A stretch of DNA of 43,281 bases from Candidatus Gottesmanbacteria bacterium CG_4_10_14_0_8_um_filter_37_24 (GCA_002785215.1 PFMK01000091.1:1-43281); one strand, 5' to 3'; positions 1-10,381 are shown, numbered from the stretch's first letter. Notes: generated by a model from the letters alone, not told the origin. Translations and numbers: made by a program.

Positions 1-91
1 GGGAATAGCCAAACTGTATGCTTAAAAATGTTGCAGTAATATTTGTCCCTTGCAACAAACCACGAAGATATGTAAAAATCTGGACAGGCAT
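1..91 (-). CDS. 5' end of a hypothetical gene running off the window (MPVQIFTYLRGLLQ...)
   Basis: ATG at 91 preceded by AGGAGGT; frame open to the window edge. Confidence 0.45.
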   Translation of the reverse strand, partial: MPVQIFTYLRGLLQGTNITATFLSIQFGYS

Positions 92-335
92 AGCTTTACC
101 TCCTAGTAAGACTATGCCTCATTTATATTTAGCTTGTCAAATCAATCACTATGTTGTTAAGGTGCGTAAGTACTGCTTGGGTATTAAAGGATAGATAATG
201 AGTCAGTGATTTCATGAAGGTAAAATATAAGAATCAGTATACATCTCCTTGGATTTGAATCCCTGCTTTACTGGAAGGAAGAGCTTCTACTTCATCTGTC
301 TAGAAAGTCCGGCTTTCCCCCTCAAGATCCTTCGG

Positions 336-407
336 TGGGCCTGCTTGGGATCGAACCAAGTACCTGTTGTTTATAAGACAACCGCTCTACCGGTGAGCTA
401 CAGGCCC
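336..407 (-). tRNA. tRNA-Ile, anticodon UAU; CCA not encoded
   Basis: GGGCCTG/CAGGCCC acceptor, GCTC/GAGC D stem, GTTGT-CTTATAA-ACAAC anticodon arm, CTTGG-TTCGATC-CCAAG T arm, discriminator A. Confidence 0.95.
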
Positions 408-613
408 GATATAATCAGTAATATGATGATAGACGATATAAAATATAACGACGAAGGAATTTTAACAAGTATTTATTATTTTGACAAATTTCCGGTACTA
501 TTGATTAAACTGTAGGATTATAATCCTTACTTTATAAATCAGTAAAGTGCTTAATCATGAACTTATCTCAATTATTCCCCATATCCCCATCTTTCCTAAT
601 TCCTCTCTATGTT

Positions 614-2971
614 CTACAACTTCGCCCTTTGTGAGATTTCTGCTTCCACCAACTCTCTCGGCCGTCCGTATTTCAACCGGGATAGCGAAAGTATTGCTTC
701 TGCTACCTTCTGGTTTTCCATTTTTTTCATGGCACTCATATCTTTTCTTAAATCTACAGAGAAAGGCGGCATGGGTTTGTTACCTACAATTGTGTTGATA
801 TAAGCATTGTAAACATCCACATTTATTAAGTCAGATTCAGTAAATACAGAAGAGAACCAGTGTTGTAGATAATTGGCATCAGTTACACCTACGCGAAAAG
901 TAATCAGAGTACCTACGTTGCCGAATACGGCATTTTTTACTTCTTCATCCATCTGGCCGATAAACTGGTTTGCCACACATAAGTTCAGACGGAACTTTCT
1001 GGCTTCAGACAGTATTTGAGCAAAGTCGGGTGTTGCGAAATTCTGGAATTCATCAACATATAAAAAAAAGTCACGCCTTTTATCCTCAGGTGTGTCTACC
1101 CTGCTCATTGCTGCCGCCAGTATTTTCGGAATCATAATAAGACCTAAGAAGCTGGAATTCTCTTCACCAAGCTTACCTTTGGCAAGATTAATAAGAAGAA
1201 TCTTGCCTTCATCCATGACTTTTCGGAAGTCAAAGGCGCTTTTACTCTGTCCAATTATGTTTCTCATCAGTTTATTTGTAACAAACCGTCCAAACTTGGA
1301 GACGATATAATCCAATACTTCTGACTTATGAAAATCAGATGTCTGTGCGATCTGATCAGTCCAATATCGCCTGACAATAGGATCCTGAACTTTTGGTAAT
1401 AACTCCTGGACATACGCGGCGTCAGTAAGCACGCGGACTATTTCCACAAAAGATGCACCCGGTTCGACCATCACTGTAAGCATGGCGTTTCTTATGGCAT
1501 GTTCAAATCTGGGTCCGATAATACCGGTTTTCTGGGGATCGTAAAGCTTGTACATCAGACCGATTATTGAAGAACAAATAAAATGCTTCTGTTCTTCCGT
1601 ATAAGCTTCTAGCATATTAAGTCCCATTGGCCTCTCAGTATCAGAAGGATCAAAATATATGACATCTTCGGCTCTCTCCGGCGGGATAAGAGGCAAGATA
1701 CCTTCGACTAGATCACCATGCGGATCAATCACTGCCAAACCATTCCCTGCCCTTATATCCTGTAAAATCATATCTTTTAAAAGTACAGATTTCCCCACAC
1801 CGGTTTTCCCAATAATATAAAGATGTCTTCTCCTATCATCAAGTTGCATATACACTGGCTTTGATATACCTCTATAAGTACTTTTACCTACAAACATACC
1901 TGAAGAAGGAATTTCTACTGGTGCCGGAGCTCTTTTTGAGGTCAACCAACTTATATGTGGAGTCTCAATTGATTTATTAGGGAAATGGAAAATGGTTGCC
2001 AGTTCCTCACTTGACAATACAGAATATTGCTTCCTGGGCCAGTTAAAAACAGGAAAATATCTGTATATGAAATCAACCATAAACGATCCTTTCATAAATT
2101 GTTTGGCTCTCACGAAATGATTCTGATCGGAGGAAAATTGAGCCAGGGTAGTCTCTATATTATGCAGATGCATTTTCGCTGATTCCAAAGATGAAGAAGA
2201 AATAACCACCCTTATTACCGTATCGAAACCGGGTTTAGAAACTTTACTTTCAATTGATTCTAATACTTTTGGATCTACATTATAATGAGCTTTTTCCGGG
2301 TCGGCCTCTGTCTTTTTAATACTTGAAATATAGCTTCTACCTGTTTTTTTATATTTCTCGCCGCCTGGAGAAACCAGTATTTGAATGGCTGCACCTTCAC
2401 CTGTCTGCATTTTACCTAAGGCTGAGGTTATGGCAGAAAGAGGATCAACAGGAAGGTCTTTATATACTTTCATCGGATAGAAATCATTATGTTTCAAGAT
2501 GTAAGACGCATATGCCACCTTACCTTTTTCATCAAAAATATTGTATTCGTCTACTTCTTTGATGTCTGCTCCCGGATACATACCATATATCTGTTTCTCG
2601 AGAAGATCCCTGATATGGTGATTTACGGAAACATAAAATCGTATATCCCCTGGTAAGCCGATAATCTCAAAAGCAATATGTTCCTTGGGCGTAAGAAATG
2701 AAAAAAGACCTCCATGGGAAAGTGAAGAAAGTACGCCGAAAAATTGTTCCGCAGCATCTATCTTTACCTCATTGGCCTTTGGTACCACAATTTGTAGTAA
2801 AACAAACTCCAAACTCTGTTTTTCCCGATTCCGGTATTTCCACCACAGGAAAAGAAAATAAAATAGTAAAAAAAAGCCTATAAAGAAAAGAGTTACAGCC
2901 GCAAATGAAATGGCAAAATTCTCTATCTGATAAATAAAATTTGGATTGATACCACTGTCAATAATTGGCAT
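614..2971 (-). CDS. Membrane-anchored VirD4/TraD/HerA-like ATPase (type IV coupling protein-like)
   Basis: N-terminal TM helix, Walker A GKTGVGKS, IDPHGDL, Walker B LYVDEFQNF, EARKF motif. Confidence 0.85.
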   Translation of the reverse strand: MPIIDSGINPNFIYQIENFAISFAAVTLFFIGFFLLFYFLFLWWKYRNREKQSLEFVLLQIVVPKANEVKIDAAEQFFGVLSSLSHGGLFSFLTPKEHIAFEIIGLPGDIRFYVSVNHHIRDLLEKQIYGMYPGADIKEVDEYNIFDEKGKVAYASYILKHNDFYPMKVYKDLPVDPLSAITSALGKMQTGEGAAIQILVSPGGEKYKKTGRSYISSIKKTEADPEKAHYNVDPKVLESIESKVSKPGFDTVIRVVISSSSLESAKMHLHNIETTLAQFSSDQNHFVRAKQFMKGSFMVDFIYRYFPVFNWPRKQYSVLSSEELATIFHFPNKSIETPHISWLTSKRAPAPVEIPSSGMFVGKSTYRGISKPVYMQLDDRRRHLYIIGKTGVGKSVLLKDMILQDIRAGNGLAVIDPHGDLVEGILPLIPPERAEDVIYFDPSDTERPMGLNMLEAYTEEQKHFICSSIIGLMYKLYDPQKTGIIGPRFEHAIRNAMLTVMVEPGASFVEIVRVLTDAAYVQELLPKVQDPIVRRYWTDQIAQTSDFHKSEVLDYIVSKFGRFVTNKLMRNIIGQSKSAFDFRKVMDEGKILLINLAKGKLGEENSSFLGLIMIPKILAAAMSRVDTPEDKRRDFFLYVDEFQNFATPDFAQILSEARKFRLNLCVANQFIGQMDEEVKNAVFGNVGTLITFRVGVTDANYLQHWFSSVFTESDLINVDVYNAYINTIVGNKPMPPFSVDLRKDMSAMKKMENQKVAEAILSLSRLKYGRPRELVEAEISQRAKL

Positions 2972-2996
2972 ATTATAAAATCAAAAAATTTGTTGT

Positions 2997-3461
2997 TTAA
3001 GTTCTCACTCGGATTATCTTACCGTGAATTACCTTTAACGCAATATGTGCTTTCTGCAGTTTTCTGATACACCAAATAGATAACCATTTAAGCGCGTTGG
3101 TAATACTTATATGTAATCCCGTAACCACTTGCTGATCAGAGATCGGTAACACTATTTTTGGTAAAGTCTGAGACGCGGAAACCGGTACAGAAGATCCTGA
3201 AGGAGTCACTCCTAATTTCTTAATATCAGGCGGCAACTCGATAGTTTCGGAGACTTTCATAACCCCGGCTCTCTCTACTTCTTTTGGGACTTCTATCTCT
3301 GAAGATATCTCTCTTGCCGTCTCACTCCCACCGCTTATTGGCATTACCTCACGCTCTTTACTTATTGAAGCAGAACCTGTTTGGACATTACTTTTATTTT
3401 TAAGATCAGGAACCTGATCATTAGAATTTTGGGATGATTTCCCCTGAACGGCAGTATTCAT
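2997..3461 (-). CDS. Hypothetical protein
   Basis: 154-aa ORF co-oriented with and 25 nt from the ATPase gene. Confidence 0.75.
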   Translation of the reverse strand: MNTAVQGKSSQNSNDQVPDLKNKSNVQTGSASISKEREVMPISGGSETAREISSEIEVPKEVERAGVMKVSETIELPPDIKKLGVTPSGSSVPVSASQTLPKIVLPISDQQVVTGLHISITNALKWLSIWCIRKLQKAHIALKVIHGKIIRVRT

Positions 3462-3554
3462 AAAATTATTATTAAATTGTATACCTTAGTAAATTTATAC
3501 TAAAAAACTTAAGGCTATTCCATTTTATACCCTTTTACACTGGAAATGATATTT

Positions 3555-4166
3555 TCAGTGCAAATCTGCTTTATTTCTTTTTGCCGCAAATCGGAGTAAA
3601 ACGGGTATAAATTTATACGATTTGCTGAGCTCCACAATTGTGAACGTCAAGGGAATAATAACCATATTCCCGATTAGATTGTATTTTAAAAACGGTATAC
3701 CAAGTATATATGCATCAAACAGGCCGGAAAAACTCCTGTCATACATACCCCAGCTATCCAGAATCCAAACACCGAAATTCGTCCATAGATAAAACCATAC
3801 GCTCGCACCTAAGCCTAAAAATGTTGACTGTATAATTTTATAAAATGACTTTTTTTTAATGAAATGCTTTAATAATCCATTAATACTGCTATTCTTGAAA
3901 AAGGCAATACTTACCAGACCAATAATAATATAAGCACTCCAGGTGAAAATAAAAATATTTGTATTTCCTATGACCACATCAGATACTAACATTATCCCTA
4001 AGGGCACAAATACCGACCAGTAAATCCCGAGATACGAAGCAGCAAGTAAAGTTGCTACGGTAACAAATTCAACATTCGGTCCGAGATGAAAATAGGTTCT
4101 TGAGAAAATTCCCAGCAAGACCAGAATAATCGCCGGGATTAATTTATTTTTTTTTATATTAAGCAT
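3555..4166 (-). CDS. DUF6580/BtuM-like membrane protein, probable cobalamin S-component
   Basis: About 6 TM helices, SR-x-H-x-PN, FYLWTNFGVW and Y-x-G-IPF motifs; B12 context. Confidence 0.7.
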   Translation of the reverse strand: MLNIKKNKLIPAIILVLLGIFSRTYFHLGPNVEFVTVATLLAASYLGIYWSVFVPLGIMLVSDVVIGNTNIFIFTWSAYIIIGLVSIAFFKNSSINGLLKHFIKKKSFYKIIQSTFLGLGASVWFYLWTNFGVWILDSWGMYDRSFSGLFDAYILGIPFLKYNLIGNMVIIPLTFTIVELSKSYKFIPVLLRFAAKRNKADLH

Positions 4167-4181
4167 AAAAGTAAATCAGTT

Positions 4182-4640
4182 TTAGAATGAACTGTATTTC
4201 CATTCAACCGTATCTCCGGGTTTAATTATATATTGATCTGCCGACTTATCCCCTGATCGATCGTTTACCGAGTACATCCACGCCTTTTCATTTGAGTTCT
4301 GTTTCCCTCCAATAGAGGTAACCATCAAACCAAAATCGTATTCTTTTGTAAAAATCTCTAAACCGCTGTCTTTTGAAGCGATCACTAATGACTCATAAGC
4401 GTTATTTGCTTTTACTTCACCCGTAATTATATTACCGTCACCAAAATCAATTACAACTTTCTCCGTGGTTTTTTCCGGAATCTCAGTCGGAGAAATAATT
4501 TTTGGTCCGCTTTTCTTTCCTGCTATCTGACTGTTAGATTTATCTGGATAATAATTTCCGCCTCTTAGACTTAAAGTTGCTCCAACAAACAGAAAAATAC
4601 TTGCAATGATTATTATTTTTATCAGGTTTTTTCTGATCAT
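4182..4640 (-). CDS. DUF4430 (transcobalamin C-terminal-like) anchored protein, probable B12-binding
   Basis: N-terminal anchor; YDFGLMVTSIGG, WMYSVND, GDTVEWKY motifs. Confidence 0.8.
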   Translation of the reverse strand: MIRKNLIKIIIIASIFLFVGATLSLRGGNYYPDKSNSQIAGKKSGPKIISPTEIPEKTTEKVVIDFGDGNIITGEVKANNAYESLVIASKDSGLEIFTKEYDFGLMVTSIGGKQNSNEKAWMYSVNDRSGDKSADQYIIKPGDTVEWKYSSF

Positions 4641-4657
4641 ACATGTAATCTATTTTG

Positions 4658-7168
4658 TCATATATAATCCTCTATCACAAGTGGACGATATTGATAAATA
4701 ACTTTAAAAAGAGGAAAAATCAACTGCTTTTTTTTCTGACTTTGTTTTTGAGTTGGATCAAAATTATTCATCTTTTTACTAAATCCAATTCTTGACAAAT
4801 ATTCAATACTGCGAAGACTCTCCATCCTACAGGACGGGGTTCCTTTAAGGTATTGTCTGAAACCCCGTACCGAAAGTCCCAAAGTACCACTCATCCCCGT
4901 TTTGACAAGGCGGGGTCTTCTGGTACTGGGGTAAGGATAAGAAATTGAATACCTGTCAGGATTTATTGAGCCTATATTACCTGATATGTTTCCAATGTCT
5001 GTATGGGGAAAAATTGCATTCGTAGAAAATCCCAATTGAGAAATTATTTCACCCTTCAACGCTAGATATACCCCTCCCAAAATACAAGCTAGGATAAAAA
5101 TAAGTGAACAAGAATCAGGAATTATTCCAGATTCCGGATGTTGAATTCTACTGGAATATGTCTTATCGTCTAATAATACCAACTCAAACTCATTGAGTAG
5201 TCTTTCGTATGACCTAAAAGTACTACCAAGTGATTCAACATCAACTAATTTATCATCGAACGAATCAACCTCTATCAAAACACGACTGGCTGCCTCTTTC
5301 ACTTCCCGATACAAAAGAGCAGAAAAGAAACACCTTTTTGCTTTTGTCACATCCTTTTTGTTGATTAATGAAATTAATGCAATGATTCTAACTACAGCTT
5401 CATATCTTTTATCTTCTATAGATATTTCATTTTCATGATTAAGGTGGGATATAAAAACTACCAGCACTTTTTGTCCTAATATAATTATCGCGTCGGAGAG
5501 TGGTTTTTCATCTACCTCATCTTCAATATCATCCTTTTTATCATGATCTAAACTAATACGGTCATCTGTTTCTTCTTCCGTCAAAATCCTAAATAATATC
5601 TCCAGACCAGGTGCAAAAGCAGTTACCATATCCTCCGTATACATTACCTCAGGCTCGGTAAAATTGTTACCCAATAGATCTATAACTGACCTGTCAATTA
5701 TACCGGTAGCATTATTGGGGATTACGTCCGAGAAGTATGATAATAATCCTTTTCGTACTTCCCTTTCTGTACTTTCAAATACTCTCATATACGGATCCGG
5801 AAAATCAAATATTTGTTTTGGAAAGACCCTACACTCAATAGCAGGACTAATATTTATATCTTCAGATGCAGCGGTAAGATTTGAATAAGAACGATGCGAT
5901 ACTTCTACCCTTATTTGTCCGTTTGATTCAGGTAAATTGTCGACTTTTTTATCCGTTGACTTCCCGGGTTTTTCCATCATAGTGTCTTCACCATATAAAA
6001 TATTTGTGAAGGCTTTGTTCACACCATTTTTATCGGATGCAGTTCTGCCTACAACCGACATAACTGCGAACAAACGATTTAGTAACTGTTCTCTTGACCC
6101 AAATAATTCAGTTATTCTCCTGCTACCCGTACGTTCTTCTGTATTTTCAGGTTTACGATCTTCAGCCTGAATATTTTCTTTCTGAAATAATGCACCTGTC
6201 TTTGGTTTTGCAGAAAGGATCATAGTTATTTCTGACTCTGTATTGGCATCTCCCTTATTTTTTCTTTTTTCATCTTCTTTCACATCTTGCGTATCTTTGT
6301 TAGAAAGAAAAAGAAATCCATGTACTATAGATTGAAAAGCAACTGCAATATCAGATGTATATGCTTCCTTCAGCCTGCTTTCATAAGTATCCTTATAAGC
6401 TTCGATCTTTTGTTGTCTTTCTCTATCAGGTACTTGTACATCTTTCTCAAATCTCCTTACAAATTCTTCATAAAGACCTTTTTCCTGAATGCTTAATGAA
6501 GATCTATAAGCATGATAAACATGCTTGTTTCCGAAGTCAGACTTACCTTTTATTATTAATGTCTGATCTTCTACCCTAGAATCCGTATCTTTCCCCCCAC
6601 CCAGTCGCCTCATCATATTTGTCAAAGTCTCCCTAGTTCCGTAAAGTTGATATGAATATGCAGTCACCATATCTCCATCTTTCTTCCATAAATATGCACG
6701 ATGGGGAGGATGAGACGCCTCTTCTCTATTGTCTTTGCCGGGACTTACCCAAAACATGGAGATAGCACCGTCTGTACTGGCCAAATTACGGGCCCGTTTA
6801 TCAATCCTTTCCCATTCCTTCCTTTCACCAAATCCGTATTCGCCCGCAGCTGTCCAAACTTGAATCGGCTCATTATTAAAATCGGGTGAAATCAGCGTTT
6901 GTTCTTCCTTAAATTCCCCTGTGATTTTATCTCTGTATTGTTTTCTAGCAACTTTTAATCTGTAAATACCTATTGGATCAATATCTATATGTTCGCTTTT
7001 CAAAGTAGCCAGATCAGAAGCTTGAGATTTAATTGCCATCTCTTTTCCCTCCCGCAAATGTCTTCCAAAAGATATTCTGGAAAGTGAAGAACTGTAACCG
7101 CATAGACCGTCCTGCGAGACAGTTCCCGCGGTATTTCCAATCATTTCCGATAGTGTTTCAATCGACAT
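4658..7168 (-). CDS. Large hypothetical protein (836 aa)
   Basis: Long uninterrupted ORF; no motif recognised. Confidence 0.75.
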   Translation of the reverse strand: MSIETLSEMIGNTAGTVSQDGLCGYSSSLSRISFGRHLREGKEMAIKSQASDLATLKSEHIDIDPIGIYRLKVARKQYRDKITGEFKEEQTLISPDFNNEPIQVWTAAGEYGFGERKEWERIDKRARNLASTDGAISMFWVSPGKDNREEASHPPHRAYLWKKDGDMVTAYSYQLYGTRETLTNMMRRLGGGKDTDSRVEDQTLIIKGKSDFGNKHVYHAYRSSLSIQEKGLYEEFVRRFEKDVQVPDRERQQKIEAYKDTYESRLKEAYTSDIAVAFQSIVHGFLFLSNKDTQDVKEDEKRKNKGDANTESEITMILSAKPKTGALFQKENIQAEDRKPENTEERTGSRRITELFGSREQLLNRLFAVMSVVGRTASDKNGVNKAFTNILYGEDTMMEKPGKSTDKKVDNLPESNGQIRVEVSHRSYSNLTAASEDINISPAIECRVFPKQIFDFPDPYMRVFESTEREVRKGLLSYFSDVIPNNATGIIDRSVIDLLGNNFTEPEVMYTEDMVTAFAPGLEILFRILTEEETDDRISLDHDKKDDIEDEVDEKPLSDAIIILGQKVLVVFISHLNHENEISIEDKRYEAVVRIIALISLINKKDVTKAKRCFFSALLYREVKEAASRVLIEVDSFDDKLVDVESLGSTFRSYERLLNEFELVLLDDKTYSSRIQHPESGIIPDSCSLIFILACILGGVYLALKGEIISQLGFSTNAIFPHTDIGNISGNIGSINPDRYSISYPYPSTRRPRLVKTGMSGTLGLSVRGFRQYLKGTPSCRMESLRSIEYLSRIGFSKKMNNFDPTQKQSQKKKQLIFPLFKVIYQYRPLVIEDYI

Positions 7169-7180
7169 ATTTCAAGACAT

Positions 7181-7208
7181 GAAAAAACCCTCTTTCCGAA
7201 GGAGGGTT
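7181..7208 (-). terminator. Intrinsic terminator, candidate riboswitch expression platform
   Basis: Minus strand AACCCTC-CTTCGGAAA-GAGGGTT followed by a T run, just upstream of the 7168 start. Confidence 0.7.
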
Positions 7209-7308
7209 ATTATAAATCAGTATTTTTGATTTAAAAGGTTAGAGAATAATCGTCAAATTAACTGATCTTTTCTATCTCCTGCTCGGGATTTCCCGTCTTA
7301 ACGGGATA

Positions 7309-7418
7309 TGCTTGAAGGTACGTGTCGGACTTGTATTGGCAAACAGATAAAGCTTCACCAATATTTACCGTTGCGGCACAGTTCCCAATTTCCATGGGAT
7401 TCCATAACACATCAAGCT
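7309..7418 (-). ncRNA. Cobalamin riboswitch (compact)
   Basis: Minus strand GCTTGA/TCAAGC closing stem; GGAA-TCCCATG-GAAA-TTGGGA; ACTGT-GCCGCA-ACGGT-AA; B12-box-like AAGTCCGACAC; lies between pduO and the B12 uptake genes. Confidence 0.85.
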
Positions 7419-7965
7419 ATTTCTTATTTTTTTTCCAAATTGATTCAGTAACACCTGCTTTGAAATTCAAGTATCTTGCCATGATAAAAAATAAGTCTGA
7501 TAGACGATTTAAATAGATGATTATTCTGCTGTCGACTTTTTCCTTTAAGGATAAACCTACTATCTCCCTCTCTACCCGCCTGCATACGGCTCTGGCAAAA
7601 TATAGAAAGGTCGCACCTTCAACGCCTTCAGGTAGTATAAAATTGGACAATTCAGGAAGTTTGTTATCCAGATCGTCAATTATTCTTTCCATTTCCGTCA
7701 CTCTTTTTTCTAATTCGTTAATATTATCAGGAAATCCTGCAAGAGAACTACCGACTATAAACAAGTCTTTTTGTATTACGTTGATGAATTTTTCCAACCT
7801 CTTGTCATGAAGTTTAACAATAACAATCCCAAGTAAGCTATTTAGCTCGTCAATAGATCCATAAGTATGAACACGCAAATTATTCTTGAAAAGACGCTGT
7901 CCGCCGTAAAGGGATGTTTTTCCAGAATCCCCTGTACGGGTATATATATTTACTTTCGAAGGCAT
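7417..7965 (-). CDS. pduO: PduO-type cob(I)alamin adenosyltransferase
   Basis: IYTRTGDSGKT, YGSIDELNS, ARAVCRRVER, YLNRLSDLFF motifs. Confidence 0.93.
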   Translation of the reverse strand: MPSKVNIYTRTGDSGKTSLYGGQRLFKNNLRVHTYGSIDELNSLLGIVIVKLHDKRLEKFINVIQKDLFIVGSSLAGFPDNINELEKRVTEMERIIDDLDNKLPELSNFILPEGVEGATFLYFARAVCRRVEREIVGLSLKEKVDSRIIIYLNRLSDLFFIMARYLNFKAGVTESIWKKNKK

Positions 7966-7990
7966 ATTGTTTCTTTATCTGAAGGACAAT

Positions 7991-8030
7991 ATATTTTCCC
8001 CTGTCAGCATATATTTTCCCCTGTCAGCAT
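7991..8030. repeat. Perfect 20-bp tandem duplication covering the nrdJ stop codon
   Basis: ATATTTTCCCCTGTCAGCAT at 7991-8010 and 8011-8030. Confidence 0.95.
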
Positions 8031-10345
8031 TCGGAATATCCGCAGCTATAACATTTCTTGCATCCTTCCTCATACGCAAGCGCAGCCTCGCCACAAGAAG
8101 GACAAAGATCATATTCTGATTTCTCCACCGGAATAGCCTGTTGGGTCATAACCGATAAATTTGCCTGAACCGTCTCCGGTGAAGAAGGTTTATGCCCATT
8201 TTTTACTTTGTATCCAAAGTGCATTGCTAGTATTTTTGCCACAGCATCTGGAAGAGATCTTACTTTCTTATCACCAAAACCCAACGATTTTGATCCTCCT
8301 ATACCTATCAGCTGATTGAAAATCTGCTTGGCTCTTTCGCTGGTTGATACGTTCGATTGCATTCTAAGAACCAAAGAAGCAAGTCTCCCCATCGCTTCTG
8401 CCATTGCGGTTACGTCAGAACCTGCTTTTCCTACGTTAATAAACAATTCCATAGGTTCATTATTCCCGTTGGTATTGATGGTGACAAATGCCACTCCAAC
8501 TGGAGTATCTATTTGGTAAGTAGCTCCATGCACCATCATAGGTCTGGGCTTAATTTCTACAACTGCTTCCCCATTTGATTTAGGTTCTTTTTTCTCCTCT
8601 TTCTTGTCAACTATTTTTTCAAGCACACCTGGTCTGCTACCATCTCTCATATACGTCAACCCTTTGCATCCAAGGTCGTATGCAAGCGTATAAAGTTTTT
8701 TAACATCATCTATTGTATGGCTGCTTGGGGCGTTGACTGTTTTTGAGATTGAGGCATCTACATATTGCTGAATCGCTACCTGTACTTTTATATGTTCTTC
8801 CGGAGTTAAATCAGTGGCAGAAACAAAATATGAAGGAATTGGTTCGTCTGGATGTGTCTTTTTCCATTCTTCAAATAAAGGATGGAAAAGCCTGTGCTCT
8901 CCCAATCTGTCTCTTCTGATAAATGAAAATTCATAAACCGGTTCTATTCCTGAAGACACGCCCGACAGAAGCGAAGTGGATCCTGTAGGCGCTTGTTGGA
9001 GGAGAACTGAGTTTCTTATACCGTATTTTTTTATGTTGTCGCGGGTTTTTTTGGGAAGTTTTTTGATAAAATATCCCTTTAGATATTTACTTGCGTCAAA
9101 TTTTGGGAAGGGGCCTTTTTCTTTTGCAATTTCTATAGACGATTCGTAAGCTGCGTCTCTTACCGTCTTATATATCTTGTCAATGATTATGAGAGATTCC
9201 GGTGAACCGTATCTTATTTTCATCTTTATTAAAGCGTCACCAAGACCCATTGTTCCTAGTCCTATTCTTCTTTCACCGTTCTGTTGAACTTCTTTTATTT
9301 GCGGAAAAATATAAGTATCCGCATCAATGACATTATCCTGGAAACGAACTCCTATTTTGGCAATTTCCTCAAGTCTCTTAAAGTCAAATTTTCCATTATT
9401 TACAAGTGCTGCCAAATTAATCGAACAGAGATTACAAACCCCCCAGGCTGGTAATCCTTCTTCTCCGCATGGATTGACACAATTCACTTTGTTGAAATAC
9501 CAATTGTTAAACCATTTATTATATCTTTCCATAAACACAATCCCCGGCTCCGCAGAACTCCATGCCGCTTCACAAATAAGATCCCATATTTTTCTGGCTT
9601 TTACTGTTTTATATACCTTTACCTTCTTCCCCATTTTTTTCCAGTCATCTAGATACCCATCCCAGACTTGATCATAATCCTTATCATTTATATCAGGAAA
9701 CACCAGATCCCAATCAGCATTTTTTTTGACTGCTTCCATAAATTTGTCTGAAACACAAACTGACAGATTGGCCCCGTTTATTCTCCGCAGATCCTTTTTT
9801 ACGGTAATAAACTCTTCTATGTCCGGATGCCAATCCCACAACATCAGCATTAATGCGCCTCTTCTTGTACCGCCCTGCTGAATTATATCTTTGGTCGCAA
9901 CAGAAAAAAGTTCTGCCCAATTGCACGGACCGGAAGAAAAACCATTCACTTTTTTGACTCTGGCACCTCTGGGCCGAAGTGAGGAAAAATTTATTCCCAC
10001 TCCTCCACCTCTTGCCATAATCTCTACCATTTGCTTAAGATTATCTAAGATTCCGTCTCTGGAATCTTTAGGAGAAGGAATGACAAAACAATTATAGTAA
10101 GTTACTTTGTAACCGGTACCTGCCCCCGACAAAATCCTGCCCCCGGGTACGAATTGGAAATCCTCCATCACGTTATAAAATTTCTTTTCCCATAAATCCC
10201 GTACCTTCTCGTTTTCAATCTTGGCAATACAATTGGCGACTCTTTTCCACATTTGTAGAGGATTTTTCTCAACGGGTATGCCTTTTTCGTTTTTGAGAGA
10301 GTATCTGTCTAAAAATACTTGCTGGCGGATTCCTGTCAGTGTCAT
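8024..10345 (-). CDS. nrdJ: Class II (adenosylcobalamin-dependent) ribonucleotide reductase with C-terminal TSCPD-like and Zn-ribbon domains
   Basis: PGGRIL, NCFV, GGGVG, NPCGE, CNL, APTGS, SSGIEP, ISKTVN; terminal CPSC...CYSCGYSEC. Confidence 0.95.
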   Translation of the reverse strand: MTLTGIRQQVFLDRYSLKNEKGIPVEKNPLQMWKRVANCIAKIENEKVRDLWEKKFYNVMEDFQFVPGGRILSGAGTGYKVTYYNCFVIPSPKDSRDGILDNLKQMVEIMARGGGVGINFSSLRPRGARVKKVNGFSSGPCNWAELFSVATKDIIQQGGTRRGALMLMLWDWHPDIEEFITVKKDLRRINGANLSVCVSDKFMEAVKKNADWDLVFPDINDKDYDQVWDGYLDDWKKMGKKVKVYKTVKARKIWDLICEAAWSSAEPGIVFMERYNKWFNNWYFNKVNCVNPCGEEGLPAWGVCNLCSINLAALVNNGKFDFKRLEEIAKIGVRFQDNVIDADTYIFPQIKEVQQNGERRIGLGTMGLGDALIKMKIRYGSPESLIIIDKIYKTVRDAAYESSIEIAKEKGPFPKFDASKYLKGYFIKKLPKKTRDNIKKYGIRNSVLLQQAPTGSTSLLSGVSSGIEPVYEFSFIRRDRLGEHRLFHPLFEEWKKTHPDEPIPSYFVSATDLTPEEHIKVQVAIQQYVDASISKTVNAPSSHTIDDVKKLYTLAYDLGCKGLTYMRDGSRPGVLEKIVDKKEEKKEPKSNGEAVVEIKPRPMMVHGATYQIDTPVGVAFVTINTNGNNEPMELFINVGKAGSDVTAMAEAMGRLASLVLRMQSNVSTSERAKQIFNQLIGIGGSKSLGFGDKKVRSLPDAVAKILAMHFGYKVKNGHKPSSPETVQANLSVMTQQAIPVEKSEYDLCPSCGEAALAYEEGCKKCYSCGYSEC

Positions 10346-10381
10346 ATGTATTTATCTAAAAAATATTAATGATAAATTTCT

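Noticed and set aside
256..292. Possible IS200/IS605 end
   Set aside because: The hairpin is too degenerate to support a call.
249..515. 88-aa + strand ORF
   Set aside because: It is antisense to tRNA-Ile and its translation is a tRNA shadow.
614..2971. ATPase as evidence of a conjugative element
   Set aside because: No relaxase or mating-pair genes are nearby, and stand-alone copies are common in CPR chromosomes.
8024..10345. Intein or intron in nrdJ
   Set aside because: The motifs are contiguous, the length is ordinary, and no splice-junction motifs are present.
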